Shown: piece by piece, positions 9,402 to 18,530 of the stretch
How the letters are laid out: each line of letters starts with the position of its first letter
Numbering within the stretch: the stretch's first letter is position 1
Assembly: GCA_016716605.1 (NCBI GenBank)
Contig: JADJWA010000002.1
Span: 88,031-152,030 of the forward strand
Origin: Flavobacteriales bacterium
GTDB taxonomy: Bacteria; Bacteroidota; Bacteroidia; Flavobacteriales_F; PHOS-HE28
Direction of reading: 5' to 3'
Length of the DNA stretch: 64,000 nt
The notes under the pieces: model-generated
The model's database searches: none
What the model was told of the DNA's origin: nothing
What the model saw: the letters and a program-made list of their open reading frames with translations, nothing else
Program-made: the position numbers and the translations under genes

Positions 9402-10130
9402 CTACTTAAGATCCCGAATGTGATCATCGAGTTGTGCCAGAATGGAAGCGATGTCATGCTCCATCGCTTCATACCGCCCTTGCATGTACTTGCGGATGAA
9501 GAGGTTCATCTTCACGACCTCCTGGAATTTCCTGTCATCCATGAGCCGCTCATGGTCCACTGGCGTGGCCGATACCCACATGGCTTCCACGTTCAGGTGC
9601 TCCAGGACTTGCGGATAGACATGGTTCCATTGGTAGCCATCATCAAGGCCCTTCTCAACATTCTCCAGGTACACGTACTTCATGGAGTACAGGGCTGATA
9701 TGGCATTGCGCAGGCTGTCGTCAGAGATCAGGTCGATGCCCACGGACTTCAGGTTCTCCCAGGCCGCGGTATTCTCGCTGAGCTGGAAGTTGCCGAGGAT
9801 GTTTCCATAATGCTTCTCCAGCGTATCGCTCAGAGGCGTTCGCTCCTGGAACGCATTCAGGACCGCTTCATTCGCACGGATGCGCTTCAGGTTGCCGGTG
9901 ACGTTGTATCGCACGTCCAGCAGGTCCGCCACTAGGTTCTGCCGCATTTCCTGCAGCAGTACCAGTTCCTTGCTGCGCGTTTTGGCCTCAGCGCTGGCAT
10001 TGTTGATGCTCAGCGCGATCAAGATGCCGATCACCACCAGCACGATCTCACCCACGGCATAGACTAGGTAGCGCGTGAGGCGGTTCTCCTTCAGGAGCCG
10101 CTGGCGGATGATGTTGAAGATGCGGGGCAT
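9402..10130 (-). CDS. Hypothetical membrane-anchored protein (lower-GC gene)
   Basis: Trimmed to MPRIFNIIRQRLL... One N-terminal TM (YLVYAVGEIVLVVIGILIALSI) then a soluble alpha-rich domain. The local GC is visibly lower than the surroundings. Confidence 0.55.
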   Translation of the reverse strand: MPRIFNIIRQRLLKENRLTRYLVYAVGEIVLVVIGILIALSINNASAEAKTRSKELVLLQEMRQNLVADLLDVRYNVTGNLKRIRANEAVLNAFQERTPLSDTLEKHYGNILGNFQLSENTAAWENLKSVGIDLISDDSLRNAISALYSMKYVYLENVEKGLDDGYQWNHVYPQVLEHLNVEAMWVSATPVDHERLMDDRKFQEVVKMNLFIRKYMQGRYEAMEHDIASILAQLDDHIRDLK

Positions 10131-10304
10131 GGGCAGGGTTGGTCGGTGAAGATGCAGAATCGGCCCTTTCCGCAGCTCATTCCACGGATGCGGCGACAAG
10201 CAGCAGAAGCAAGGTTGAACGACGCATGGCCGCAGAAGCAACCCACCATACCCCAATCGCGGTATTCCGACGCAACCATTCCGTTCGGACCTTCGCCGCC
10301 TTCC

Positions 10305-10574
10305 ATGATACCGGAAAGCGAGCGCACCATCAGCCTGGACCAATTGCCCGAAGAGGGCTCGGCCACGGTTGCCGGCGTCACCGTGCCCACGGATGCGGCT
10401 GAGCGCACCCTCGTGCTGCGCCTGCTCGAACTCGGCTTCGTGCCAGGCGAGCGCGTGCAGGTGATCCATGAAGGCCGTCATCGCCGGGATCCCATTGCCG
10501 TGCGATTGGGCCACACCACTTTCGCATTGCGCCGCCATGAAGCTGCCTTCATCCAAGTGACCCCTTCAGCGTAG
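10305..10574 (+). CDS. feoA: Ferrous iron transport protein A (FeoA)
   Basis: About 89 aa SH3-like FeoA (GSATVAGVTVPTDAAERTLVLRLLELGFVPGERVQVIHEGRHRRDPIAVRLGHTTFALRRHEAAFIQV). Lies directly upstream of and abuts feoB. Confidence 0.75.
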   Translation: MIPESERTISLDQLPEEGSATVAGVTVPTDAAERTLVLRLLELGFVPGERVQVIHEGRHRRDPIAVRLGHTTFALRRHEAAFIQVTPSA

Positions 10575-12410
10575 ATGAGCGCCGCCACTCCTGCCCTGCC
10601 GCTGCGCATCGCCCTGCTGGGCAATCCGAACTGCGGCAAGACGGCGCTCTTCAACCTGCTCACCGGCAGCCGCCAGAAGGTGGCCAACTATGCAGGCGTC
10701 ACCGTGGAGCGCAAGGAAGGCGTGATGCGCACCGCGAGCGGACGACGCATCAAGGTGCTCGACCTGCCCGGTGCGTACAGCCTCAACGCGCTCTCGAATG
10801 ATGAAGCCGTGACGCGCGATGTGATCACCGGACATAGCAAAGAGGCCTTGCCCGACCTGCTGGTGTGCGTTGCCGATGCCACCAACCTGAGGCTGCACCT
10901 GCGCCTGGTGCTCGAGGCGCGACAGCTCGGCCTGCCCTTGCTGGTGGTGCTGAACAAGATGGATCGCGCCAAGCAGCTCGGCATCTCCATCGACAAGGCC
11001 CTGCTCGCCCGCGAGCTCAACCTCCCCGTGGTGGAGACCGTGAGCTTGCACGCGCACGGCGCCGATGCGCTTCGCGCAGCCTTGGATCAACCGCTTCGTG
11101 CAGCACCGCCGCCGCATTGGAAACAGCCCGACGTGGAGCAGGTGCTGGCCACGCAGCGCGATGTGCTCGGCATCTTCAACCGCACCGTCACCTCCCCAAC
11201 CACCGATAAGGACCCGAGCATCCGCATCGACCGTTTCCTGATGCATCCGGTCTGGGGCTTCGCGGTGCTCGCGCTCGTGCTCTTCGTCACCTTCCTCGCG
11301 GTGTTCTCCGGCGGTGATGTGCTCTCCGGCTGGATCGAGGATGGCTTCGGCGCAATCGCCAGCGCTGTTGAAGCGAATATGGCGGACGGCCCCTTGCGCG
11401 GCTTGATCGTGGAAGGCGTCATCGGCGGCGTGGGCGGCGTGATCGTGTTCCTGCCGCAGATCTTGATTCTCTTCCTGTTCATCCTCGCGCTCGAAGGATC
11501 GGGCTACCTGCCGCGCGCGGCCTTCCTGCTCGATAAGCCCATGAGCGCCGCAGGGCTCTCGGGCCGCTCCTTCATCCCCCTGCTCAGCAGCTTCGCCTGC
11601 GCCATCCCGGGCATCATGGCCACGCGCACCATCAGTCATTGGCGCGACCGCCTCACCACCATCCTCATCGCCCCGCTCATGGCCTGCTCGGCGCGCATCC
11701 CGGTGTACACGCTGCTCGTGGCGGCCCTCTTCCCCGACGATGCCCTGTCTGCCGCCCTGGTGATGGTGGGCCTGTACGCGCTCGGCATCGTGGCGGCCAT
11801 GACGGTGGCTTGGTTCATCAAGCGCTCCGACAAGCACGCTGCCCGCTCACCCCTGCTCATGGAGCTGCCCGCCTATCAATGGCCCGATGTGCGCAGCCTC
11901 GTGATCGGGCTGTGGGAGCGCGCCGTGATCTTCCTGCGCCGCGTGGGCACCATCATCCTCGCCATCACCATCGTGATGTGGGCGCTCTACACCGTGCCCT
12001 CTCCGCGCGACAATGGACGAAGCCTCGCCGGCGAGCTCGGTCATGCTCTGCACCAGGTGTTCAAGCCCATCGGCTTCAACGAGCAGATCTCCTTCGCGCT
12101 GGTGCCCGGCATGGCCGCGCGCGAAGTGGTGGTGAGCGCGCTGGGCACTGCCTACGCAATGGATGGCGACGAGGACGAATTGGATGAGCAGCTCCGCGAG
12201 CGCATCACGCGCGAATGGCCCTTGGCCACCAAGCTCTCGCTCCTGCTGTGGATGGTCTTCGCCCCGCAATGCCTCAGCACCTTCGTGGTGGTGAAGCGCG
12301 AGACCGGTTCGTGGAAGCAGATGTGGATCATGGGCGGCTACCTCTTCGCACTGGCCTACCTTGCCAGCCTCATCACCTACCAGCTCACCGCTTTCCTCTG
12401 CGCACCTTGA
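10575..12410 (+). CDS. feoB: Ferrous iron transporter FeoB
   Basis: 611 aa. N-terminal G-domain (GNPNCGKTALFN, DLPG, NKMD) then a multi-TM gate domain. Confidence 0.95.
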   Translation: MSAATPALPLRIALLGNPNCGKTALFNLLTGSRQKVANYAGVTVERKEGVMRTASGRRIKVLDLPGAYSLNALSNDEAVTRDVITGHSKEALPDLLVCVADATNLRLHLRLVLEARQLGLPLLVVLNKMDRAKQLGISIDKALLARELNLPVVETVSLHAHGADALRAALDQPLRAAPPPHWKQPDVEQVLATQRDVLGIFNRTVTSPTTDKDPSIRIDRFLMHPVWGFAVLALVLFVTFLAVFSGGDVLSGWIEDGFGAIASAVEANMADGPLRGLIVEGVIGGVGGVIVFLPQILILFLFILALEGSGYLPRAAFLLDKPMSAAGLSGRSFIPLLSSFACAIPGIMATRTISHWRDRLTTILIAPLMACSARIPVYTLLVAALFPDDALSAALVMVGLYALGIVAAMTVAWFIKRSDKHAARSPLLMELPAYQWPDVRSLVIGLWERAVIFLRRVGTIILAITIVMWALYTVPSPRDNGRSLAGELGHALHQVFKPIGFNEQISFALVPGMAAREVVVSALGTAYAMDGDEDELDEQLRERITREWPLATKLSLLLWMVFAPQCLSTFVVVKRETGSWKQMWIMGGYLFALAYLASLITYQLTAFLCAP

Positions 12411-12559
12411 TGCAGACCGTGATCACCATCGGGATCGTACTCGCCGCAGCGGGCTATCTGGCGTGGTTGTGGGCGCCGAAGCGGCAGGGGGCCGCGACGA
12501 ACGCCTCAGAGGATGCTAGCGGCACCTGCACCGGTTGCAGCGGCTGCTCGGGCCGCTGA
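12410..12559 (+). CDS. FeoB-associated Cys-rich small membrane protein
   Basis: 49 aa: MQTVITIGIVLAAAGYLAWLW...GTCTGCSGCSGR. One TM plus a Cys-rich tail. Its ATG overlaps the feoB TGA (ATGA). Confidence 0.6.
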   Translation: MQTVITIGIVLAAAGYLAWLWAPKRQGAATNASEDASGTCTGCSGCSGR

Positions 12560-12560
12560 C

Positions 12561-12812
12561 TCAGTCCCCCTGCTCGGTGCGTGCGGGCTTCACCAGCAGC
12601 CGCGTGTCCACCAGCTTCACGCCATCGAGCTTGTCAATGGCCTTCCTGGCCTCGCTTGAATCGCTCATCTCCACGAAACCGAAGCCACGGCTCACGCCCG
12701 TGATGCTGTCGGTGACCACCTCGGCCCGCTTCACCTCGCCGAAGTGGCCGAAGAGCAGCTGCAGGTGGAGGTCAGTGATGGAATGCGAAAGTCGGCCCAC
12801 GAATATGTTCAT
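12561..12812 (-). CDS. RRM-domain RNA-binding protein
   Basis: 83 aa. RNP-2 NIFVGRL and RNP-1 RGFGFVEM. Confidence 0.9.
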   Translation of the reverse strand: MNIFVGRLSHSITDLHLQLLFGHFGEVKRAEVVTDSITGVSRGFGFVEMSDSSEARKAIDKLDGVKLVDTRLLVKPARTEQGD

Positions 12813-13192
12813 GCGTCAGCGGTTCAGGTTGATAAAGAAGAGCGGCGCTGACCCCTCAAGGCCGGACCCGATGGGCCCTCGAGCGCCTGTATGCCGGATT
12901 GCAATGTACGGCTCACGCAGGGCCTTCCCGACGAAGCATCATCGATCGCATCATTCATGGCGCTTGCTGAGCGCGCTCAATGCCCCGCCTGGCGCGACTT
13001 TCCTGCGATTGAGGAATTGAACAGGCTAGAAGCCATCTTGAAATCATCCTTCGGGCTGCGCCAGGGCCTTCCCTGGCCATCCTTCGTTTCTCAATCCTTA
13101 CCGAGCGTCCAGCTATGCCTGGGTTTCATGCCTCGGCTGGCCGCGGAATTCCTCCGGCTCGCAACCAACTACCATGCTGAGATGGCTTCTGA

Positions 13193-13480
13193 TCAGCGCA
13201 ACGCGACAACCGACTCTTCAATCGCATCCTTCAGCTTCTCGCATGCACGCACGGTATCGTTGAGGAGCTCATCGCGCGGCGTGAGGATGCTCTCGCGCAA
13301 GGCATCCACAGCGCCCACCAGTGGCGTGCACCGCGCATCCAGTGCTATGCCCTGCTCCATCTGCGCCTCGATGTCGGCGATGAGGCCCTCGTCCACGCGG
13401 CCATGGCGCAATTCGGTCTGGAGCATGAGCACGGTGCGGCTGAGGGTGCGCAGGGAGCGAACGAGAGGAAGGGTCGCCAT
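13193..13480 (-). CDS. Small hypothetical alpha-helical protein (weak)
   Basis: ORF trimmed to MATLPLVRSL... It has no recognisable motif and is overlapped by an alternative plus-strand ORF. Confidence 0.3.
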   Translation of the reverse strand: MATLPLVRSLRTLSRTVLMLQTELRHGRVDEGLIADIEAQMEQGIALDARCTPLVGAVDALRESILTPRDELLNDTVRACEKLKDAIEESVVALR

Positions 13481-13589
13481 CGGCCGCGAAGATGCGCGCT
13501 TGCGACTGAGCACGATCACCTCCGCAGGTGAGGTTGATCAGGCCCTTCGCCGATCCGTCGGGCTAAGTTTCGCCCATCACCCTTAGCCC

Positions 13590-13862
13590 ATGCCCATCCT
13601 CGACCTGAATGTGGACAACCTGAAATGCGGCGGCTGCGCCAGCACCGTGCGCAAGCGCTTGAATGAGCTGCCCGGAGTGGTCTCCACCTCGGTGGATGTG
13701 GACAACGGCACAGTGACCGTTGCGCACGACGGCACCACGGAGCGCAGCACCATCACCTTGCTGCTGCATAAGCTGGGCTATCCGCTCAGCGGCACCGGCG
13801 GCATCACCGAGAAAGCAAAATCATACGTGAGCTGCGCCATCGGCCGCATCCACGGCGAATAG
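13590..13862 (+). CDS. Heavy-metal-associated (HMA) domain protein, CopZ-like
   Basis: 90 aa. Metal-binding loop NLKCGGCAST, a variant of the GMxCxxC motif. Confidence 0.85.
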   Translation: MPILDLNVDNLKCGGCASTVRKRLNELPGVVSTSVDVDNGTVTVAHDGTTERSTITLLLHKLGYPLSGTGGITEKAKSYVSCAIGRIHGE

Positions 13863-13886
13863 TGAAACGCTAACCCCTGCACCGCC

Positions 13887-14261
13887 ATGATCCGCTTCCT
13901 CTCCCGCCTCAGCCTGCCCGCCCTCCTGCTGGCCTCGCTCTTCACGCTACAGGCCTCGACGGCCAGCGCGCAAGACAGTCCTTCCGGTGTCATGGAAGCC
14001 ATCGTCACCCTGCACGATCCCGGCGTTGATGCGCAGGCGTGGCAGCGCTTCGCCCTACGCGTGGGCAAGGAAACCGGTGCCAACATCGAATACAGCTGCC
14101 AGCGCGCGGGCATCATCGTGGTGCGCTTTGAACGCCCGACCATCCAGGAGAAGGCCGATGCCATCACGCTCGTGCGGCGGCTGCTCAACGAGGCCGGCAT
14201 CACCACTTCCGTCGAATTCCTCCACGTGCACGTGGAGCGCGTATCGCAGAACAAGTGCTGA
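13887..14261 (+). CDS. Small secreted hypothetical protein
   Basis: Signal peptide MIRFLSRLSLPALLLASLFTLQASTASAQD. 124 aa. Confidence 0.6.
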   Translation: MIRFLSRLSLPALLLASLFTLQASTASAQDSPSGVMEAIVTLHDPGVDAQAWQRFALRVGKETGANIEYSCQRAGIIVVRFERPTIQEKADAITLVRRLLNEAGITTSVEFLHVHVERVSQNKC

Positions 14262-14320
14262 TGGACTGAGGCCCTGCTCCGCTGGTCGGAGCGGATGTCG
14301 ATGGCGCCAATGGATCGTGC

Positions 14321-15490
14321 TCATCGCACCTGGAGCACCTGCCCTTCCTCCACCCAATTCCGCGGCCGAGCACCGAGCTCACCACCGGGCAGCGAGTACA
14401 TGATCTCCATCGCCCCGATGTGAACCCGCCCGTATGTGGTGGTGCGGTACACGAGGTAGCCGGCGGAAGCAGCGGGTGTGGCGGTCCATTCCTTCGCGGT
14501 GCCGTCGATGCCATGCGGGTGGCGCAGCATTTCGATGAACACGCGCTCGCCCTCTGATGAAGCCCAACGCATGGTTCCGCTCTTCAGGCCGGTGGCCAGG
14601 TGCTCCGGCGTCAGTTCATCAACCTCGGTCAGCGTGAACGGACCCCAAATGCCCCAGCGCGTGTTCGTCATGAGGATGGCTGTGCCCGGCAGGGGCGATA
14701 TGCCACGCACGTAGTACCCGGATCCGTCGGTGCCGTGCCAGTGCTCATCCACGGTTGTAATCACCAGATCGTTCACCTCATCATCGTGGAGGTCCACGAA
14801 CTCATCCGGGGCCAGGCCCGGCGGCACCATCACCTGTGGTTCGCTCTCTTCGTGCCCGAAATCGTAGCCATCCTTCACGATCGGCTTCGTCGGCCTCGGA
14901 TCGCCTTCCTCACCGTAGCCGTTCGGAACACGGATGGCCTCCTTCGACTTGACCACGACGCGGCCATAGGGATAAGGGAGCTCAAATTCGAAAGCTGCGA
15001 TGCTCGTGCCGCGCTCATTGGCGCTGCGCAGCACCAGCGTGTGCCCGTCGTGATGATCACCGGTGCCGTACCAGCCATCCTCCGCTTGCGTGATCGCAGG
15101 CCCGAAGGGGCGCTCCAACAACCAGAACTCCGTGGCTTGATCCTGATCGGTCCAGCGCAGTTGCTTGAACCGGATGCGCGCTGCGAGCACCGCCGTATCC
15201 AATCGCGCAGCGCTGTCCAAGGTGTACCAGCGCTGATTGCTCCGCGTGCTCCACATCAGGACGGAGGTGCCGCTCAACGTACGCACACCCACCTTGTACG
15301 ATCCCAGGTATCCGGGTTGCTGGGGATCCGAAACATGAATGGTGCGGCTGGTGATCAGCAGATCGGCGCGTCCATCGCCGGTCACGTCCACGTACTCATC
15401 GGGCGCAGGGCCGGGGATGATGCGGTTGGTCTGCGCCTGCAGCTGCACGGCGAGCGCACCGAGGCCGATGAGCAGGGCCTGCGTCCTCAT
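14321..15490 (-). CDS. Secreted hypothetical protein (FG-GAP/VCBS-like Asp-Gly motifs)
   Basis: Start MRTQALLIGLGALAVQLQAQ (signal peptide). Motifs DVTGDGRADLLI and VNDLVITTVDEHWHG. It is the last gene of a three-gene overlapping operon. Confidence 0.65.
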   Translation of the reverse strand: MRTQALLIGLGALAVQLQAQTNRIIPGPAPDEYVDVTGDGRADLLITSRTIHVSDPQQPGYLGSYKVGVRTLSGTSVLMWSTRSNQRWYTLDSAARLDTAVLAARIRFKQLRWTDQDQATEFWLLERPFGPAITQAEDGWYGTGDHHDGHTLVLRSANERGTSIAAFEFELPYPYGRVVVKSKEAIRVPNGYGEEGDPRPTKPIVKDGYDFGHEESEPQVMVPPGLAPDEFVDLHDDEVNDLVITTVDEHWHGTDGSGYYVRGISPLPGTAILMTNTRWGIWGPFTLTEVDELTPEHLATGLKSGTMRWASSEGERVFIEMLRHPHGIDGTAKEWTATPAASAGYLVYRTTTYGRVHIGAMEIMYSLPGGELGARPRNWVEEGQVLQVR

Positions 15491-16053
15491 CGCACCACGA
15501 AGGCTTGATCGGCCGGCACCAGCGCACCCACGCGGATGATCACGTGGCCCGTGCTGGTGGATCGGTCGATCGCGAACGAACCGTGCCACAGCTTGCCTTG
15601 GTGCATCGTTCGGAACACGTAGCGTTGGGCAGCCAGCCCGGGCATCACCGTTACCAACGCCGACTGGTGCCCGTAGCCCCAGTGGGCCACTTGCATGGAG
15701 CCATCCGTGTAGCTCACCAGCGGGATCTGCAGGTCGTCCTGGGGCCGGGTGGGCATCGCAGGGATCCGTTCCCCTTCGGCGCAGACCCTGGTGCGCCAGA
15801 AGCCTTGCTCATCGCGCATGTTGAGGATGGTGGTACCGGGCAGGTTCATGACATGGAGGTAGCAATTGCCGGAACTGCTCGGCTCATCGTCGGTGCCGCT
15901 GCTGAAACCCTGCACTACAAGATCCGGGATACCGTCGTGGGTGATGTCGATGCTGTCGCTCGGTGCGAAGCCGCAGTAGTTGCGGTCGAAGCCGGGCTGT
16001 GCGAAGGCTGGAGCACCCAGGAGCAGCACGGGAATGAAGAACAATGACCTCAT
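15487..16053 (-). CDS. Secreted hypothetical protein, paralog-like of 14321-15490
   Basis: Signal peptide MRSLFFIPVLLLGAPAFAQP. Motif ITHDGIPDLVVQG. Its stop overlaps the downstream start. Confidence 0.65.
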   Translation of the reverse strand: MRSLFFIPVLLLGAPAFAQPGFDRNYCGFAPSDSIDITHDGIPDLVVQGFSSGTDDEPSSSGNCYLHVMNLPGTTILNMRDEQGFWRTRVCAEGERIPAMPTRPQDDLQIPLVSYTDGSMQVAHWGYGHQSALVTVMPGLAAQRYVFRTMHQGKLWHGSFAIDRSTSTGHVIIRVGALVPADQAFVVR

Positions 16054-16559
16054 CGTTCGAAGAGTGAGATGTTCACGGGGGTGAAAGCGGCTTCTCCGGG
16101 CCCCACAGCGTACACTTCATCATCGAATCGTCCACAAAGTCGATGGGATTGGCTGGCGTGAAGATGCAGCAACTGCTGCCGGTAGCGTGGCCCATGGTTG
16201 CCTGGCCGTTCATCGAGCACGAGCACGCGGTGATCCTCCATGCGGAAATGGTTCGGGACCACCAGGATGTAGTTGTCCTGTGCGAAAGGGAACTGGCGCT
16301 TGCCATGGCGCTTCCACGTGGTCGGATGCATCCATCGCGTCGGCCGGTCCGTGTTGCGCTGGAAAAGGTAGAATGGCGTTCCTGTTGCCGTGGCTGGGAG
16401 ATTGTCCTTGTCGAGGAGCATGATCCGCAGCCCCTCGATCAGTGCTGTATCGCCTTCGGCATGGGGCCGCACCACGATGATGGAGTAGGAATCGAAGCCG
16501 CAGTGCTGTGCGGATAGCCAAACTGGGAGCAGGCCGAGCAGCATGCAGGCGATCCTCAT
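16050..16559 (-). CDS. Secreted hypothetical protein
   Basis: Signal peptide MRIACMLLGLLPVWLSAQ. It overlaps the next gene by 4 nt. Confidence 0.65.
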   Translation of the reverse strand: MRIACMLLGLLPVWLSAQHCGFDSYSIIVVRPHAEGDTALIEGLRIMLLDKDNLPATATGTPFYLFQRNTDRPTRWMHPTTWKRHGKRQFPFAQDNYILVVPNHFRMEDHRVLVLDERPGNHGPRYRQQLLHLHASQSHRLCGRFDDEVYAVGPGEAAFTPVNISLFER

Positions 16560-16625
16560 GCGGGCCTGTACACCTCAGGAGCCGGATGGTTCGAACTTCG
16601 CACTGAGAAAAGTGTACCGACCGGC

Positions 16626-17309
16626 ATGCGCAAGCTTCTTCCGCTCTTCCTGTCATTGACCTTGCCGAACGCGGGGCTTGTTGCGCAGCAGAACGACTGC
16701 ACCGTCGTCCCCCCCTCCTTCTCCGCGCACATCTCGCGGACGCTCACCGACAGCACCGGGATGTTCGCGCGCGATTTCCCGCCCGTGGCGCCGCTCTCGT
16801 GCGAACTGCTCGGCATGCTGCAGGAGGAACTGAAGGACGACAGCGCGAGCTACTGCTTCGATCGCCTATCCCGGAAATACTGGAGCGAGGACCCGCATGC
16901 CAGACGGACGCATGCCTACATCCGCCGGCACCTGAGCTTCCCGCTGGCCATGGCCGCCACCGCGCACTGGTTCGCCGACACGCGCATAGACGGACTGCGC
17001 GAACTGCAGGAGTACCGGCGGATGCGTCCATTGATGTGCACCACCAAGGAAGGCGCGGCGAAACTGGGGATGCAGGACCGTGCTGCGGTGCGTTACCTGG
17101 TGCAGGTGATGGAGACCACGCCGATGCACATCAACGGAAGCGAGAACGCTGCCATCCATTCCGTCTATCTGCGCGAGGCGATGCTCACGCTCGACCTCTT
17201 CACCGGGAAGTACCACATGACCGAGCCTGAAGGTGATATGCGCCTGCATCGCAGCGAAGCCGGCGTGCAGCAAGCCATCGCCGACTGGCGGAACTGGCTG
17301 AACGAATGA
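16626..17309 (+). CDS. Secreted hypothetical protein
   Basis: Signal peptide MRKLLPLFLSLTLPNAGLVAQQ. Divergently transcribed from the 14321-16559 operon. Confidence 0.6.
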   Translation: MRKLLPLFLSLTLPNAGLVAQQNDCTVVPPSFSAHISRTLTDSTGMFARDFPPVAPLSCELLGMLQEELKDDSASYCFDRLSRKYWSEDPHARRTHAYIRRHLSFPLAMAATAHWFADTRIDGLRELQEYRRMRPLMCTTKEGAAKLGMQDRAAVRYLVQVMETTPMHINGSENAAIHSVYLREAMLTLDLFTGKYHMTEPEGDMRLHRSEAGVQQAIADWRNWLNE

Positions 17310-17791
17310 GACCGCTCCTGACCATCCTCCTGCTCCTGCCGTGCGTTGCCCTGGCCCAGGACACGGGTCGCTTCGCACGGGCCTTGCGCAGCGAACGCGC
17401 GCTCGACCGCTGGATGAAGGGGGAATTGCACCGCCATCGCAAGGGGCACCCCGTCACCACGCCTTCCACCACCTACATCGCACACCACCAGACCTTCGAC
17501 AGCCTTGCGGCCTTCCTTCGCCGCCAACCGGGCGTGGTCGATGCCGAGTGGGACCGTTGCATCGCCAAGCTCGACCTCTGGCCCGGGCATAGCACCATCG
17601 GCCTGCGCGTGATCATCGATGGCTCCGAGCACGAGCGCTGTTACGGCGCGCAGGAAGGGATCCCCGGTGCGATCAACCTGTTCGGCGGGCGCATGCAAGC
17701 ACGCAGGAACCGGGAGCACCTGAAGCTGGAGATGATCCGGGACTGCCCGGGCTTCGTGGAGGAGCAGCGGAAGCACTGCGCCGGCCGCTGA
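17306..17791 (+). CDS. Secreted hypothetical protein
   Basis: Signal peptide MRPLLTILLLLPCVALAQD. Its start overlaps the upstream stop (ATGA). Confidence 0.6.
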   Translation: MRPLLTILLLLPCVALAQDTGRFARALRSERALDRWMKGELHRHRKGHPVTTPSTTYIAHHQTFDSLAAFLRRQPGVVDAEWDRCIAKLDLWPGHSTIGLRVIIDGSEHERCYGAQEGIPGAINLFGGRMQARRNREHLKLEMIRDCPGFVEEQRKHCAGR

Positions 17792-17910
17792 GCACCGCGC
17801 AACGCCGCAACCAGCCATGGCGTCCTTGGCCATCGGCCTAGCACCGTGGGTCGATTTGCCGGTTCCAGCGTGAATTCTAGCTTGCGGCTCCAAACCCAAA
17901 CCTCCCACCC

Positions 17911-18480
17911 ATGCGCAACCAGTTGATCCTTGCATCCGCCCCCTTGGCCATCGGCCTACTGCTCGCCTCCTGCGACGGAGGCGGCCACGACCACGCCGCC
18001 GCCGAGCACGCGGCCATGATGAAGGCCGATAGCACCGCCAAGGCCGAAACGGCCGCCAGGGAGGCGGGCGTGCGCGCCATTTTCGAATCCATGAACACCG
18101 GCAACCTCGACAACATCGGCGACCTGGTCGCCGAGAACTTCGTGGATCATCAGCAGGACCCTTCCATCACCACCACCGGCATCCAAGGCCTCAAGGACAT
18201 GGTGGGCCTGTTGCGCGGCGCCTATCCGGACTATCACCAGGACATCGTTTCCATGAGCACCACCGGCGATATGTCCTTCGTTCACTTCCGCATGAAAGGC
18301 ACGAACACCGGACCCTGGGGCGAAATGCCCGCCACTGGGAAGACCATGGATGTGATGGGCGTGGACGTGATCCGCTTCGAGAACGGCAAGGCCGTTGAGC
18401 ATTGGGGCTACATGGAAGAGATGAAGATGATGACCCAGCTGGGCCTGATGCCGGAGCCGGGCGCGGAGGAGAAGAAGTGA
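17911..18480 (+). CDS. SnoaL-like / ester-cyclase-like lipoprotein (NTF2 fold)
   Basis: Lipobox LLLASC. The central region (NFVDHQQDP...GIQGLKDMVGLLRGAYPDYHQDI...MDVMGVDVIRFENGKAVEHWGY) is typical of the predicted ester cyclase family. Confidence 0.75.
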   Translation: MRNQLILASAPLAIGLLLASCDGGGHDHAAAEHAAMMKADSTAKAETAAREAGVRAIFESMNTGNLDNIGDLVAENFVDHQQDPSITTTGIQGLKDMVGLLRGAYPDYHQDIVSMSTTGDMSFVHFRMKGTNTGPWGEMPATGKTMDVMGVDVIRFENGKAVEHWGYMEEMKMMTQLGLMPEPGAEEKK

Positions 18481-18501
18481 ACCGAACAACGACCTGAAGG
18501 A

Positions 18502-18530
18502 ACGGCGGGGCAGTGCTCCGCCGTCCCTCT
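18502..18530 (+). terminator. Candidate intrinsic terminator hairpin after the SnoaL-like lipoprotein gene
   Basis: ACGGCGG-ggcagtgct-CCGCCGT stem-loop 22 nt after the stop, followed by CCCTCTTTC. Confidence 0.4.

Noticed and set aside
9402-10556. Full 384-aa minus-strand ORF, and the 142-aa plus ORF starting at 10146
   Set aside because: The N-terminal 140 codons of the minus ORF overlap feoA and look non-proteinaceous, so it was trimmed to the internal ATG at 10130. The plus ORF was trimmed to the FeoA-sized domain starting at 10305.
10566-11837. 423-aa minus-strand ORF antisense to feoB, plus other long antisense ORFs (36585-37643, 37740-39209 and 39285-40985 inside the A2M gene; 44676-46394 inside the kinase gene; 60971-62392 inside the E1 gene; 17165-17935 and 17956-18756 across neighbouring genes; 26875-27930 antisense to ompA-like gene)
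   Set aside because: These are typical high-GC shadow ORFs. Their translations are Arg/Ala/Gly/His-rich low-complexity sequence with no motifs, and each is fully overlapped by a sense-strand gene with clear domain signatures.
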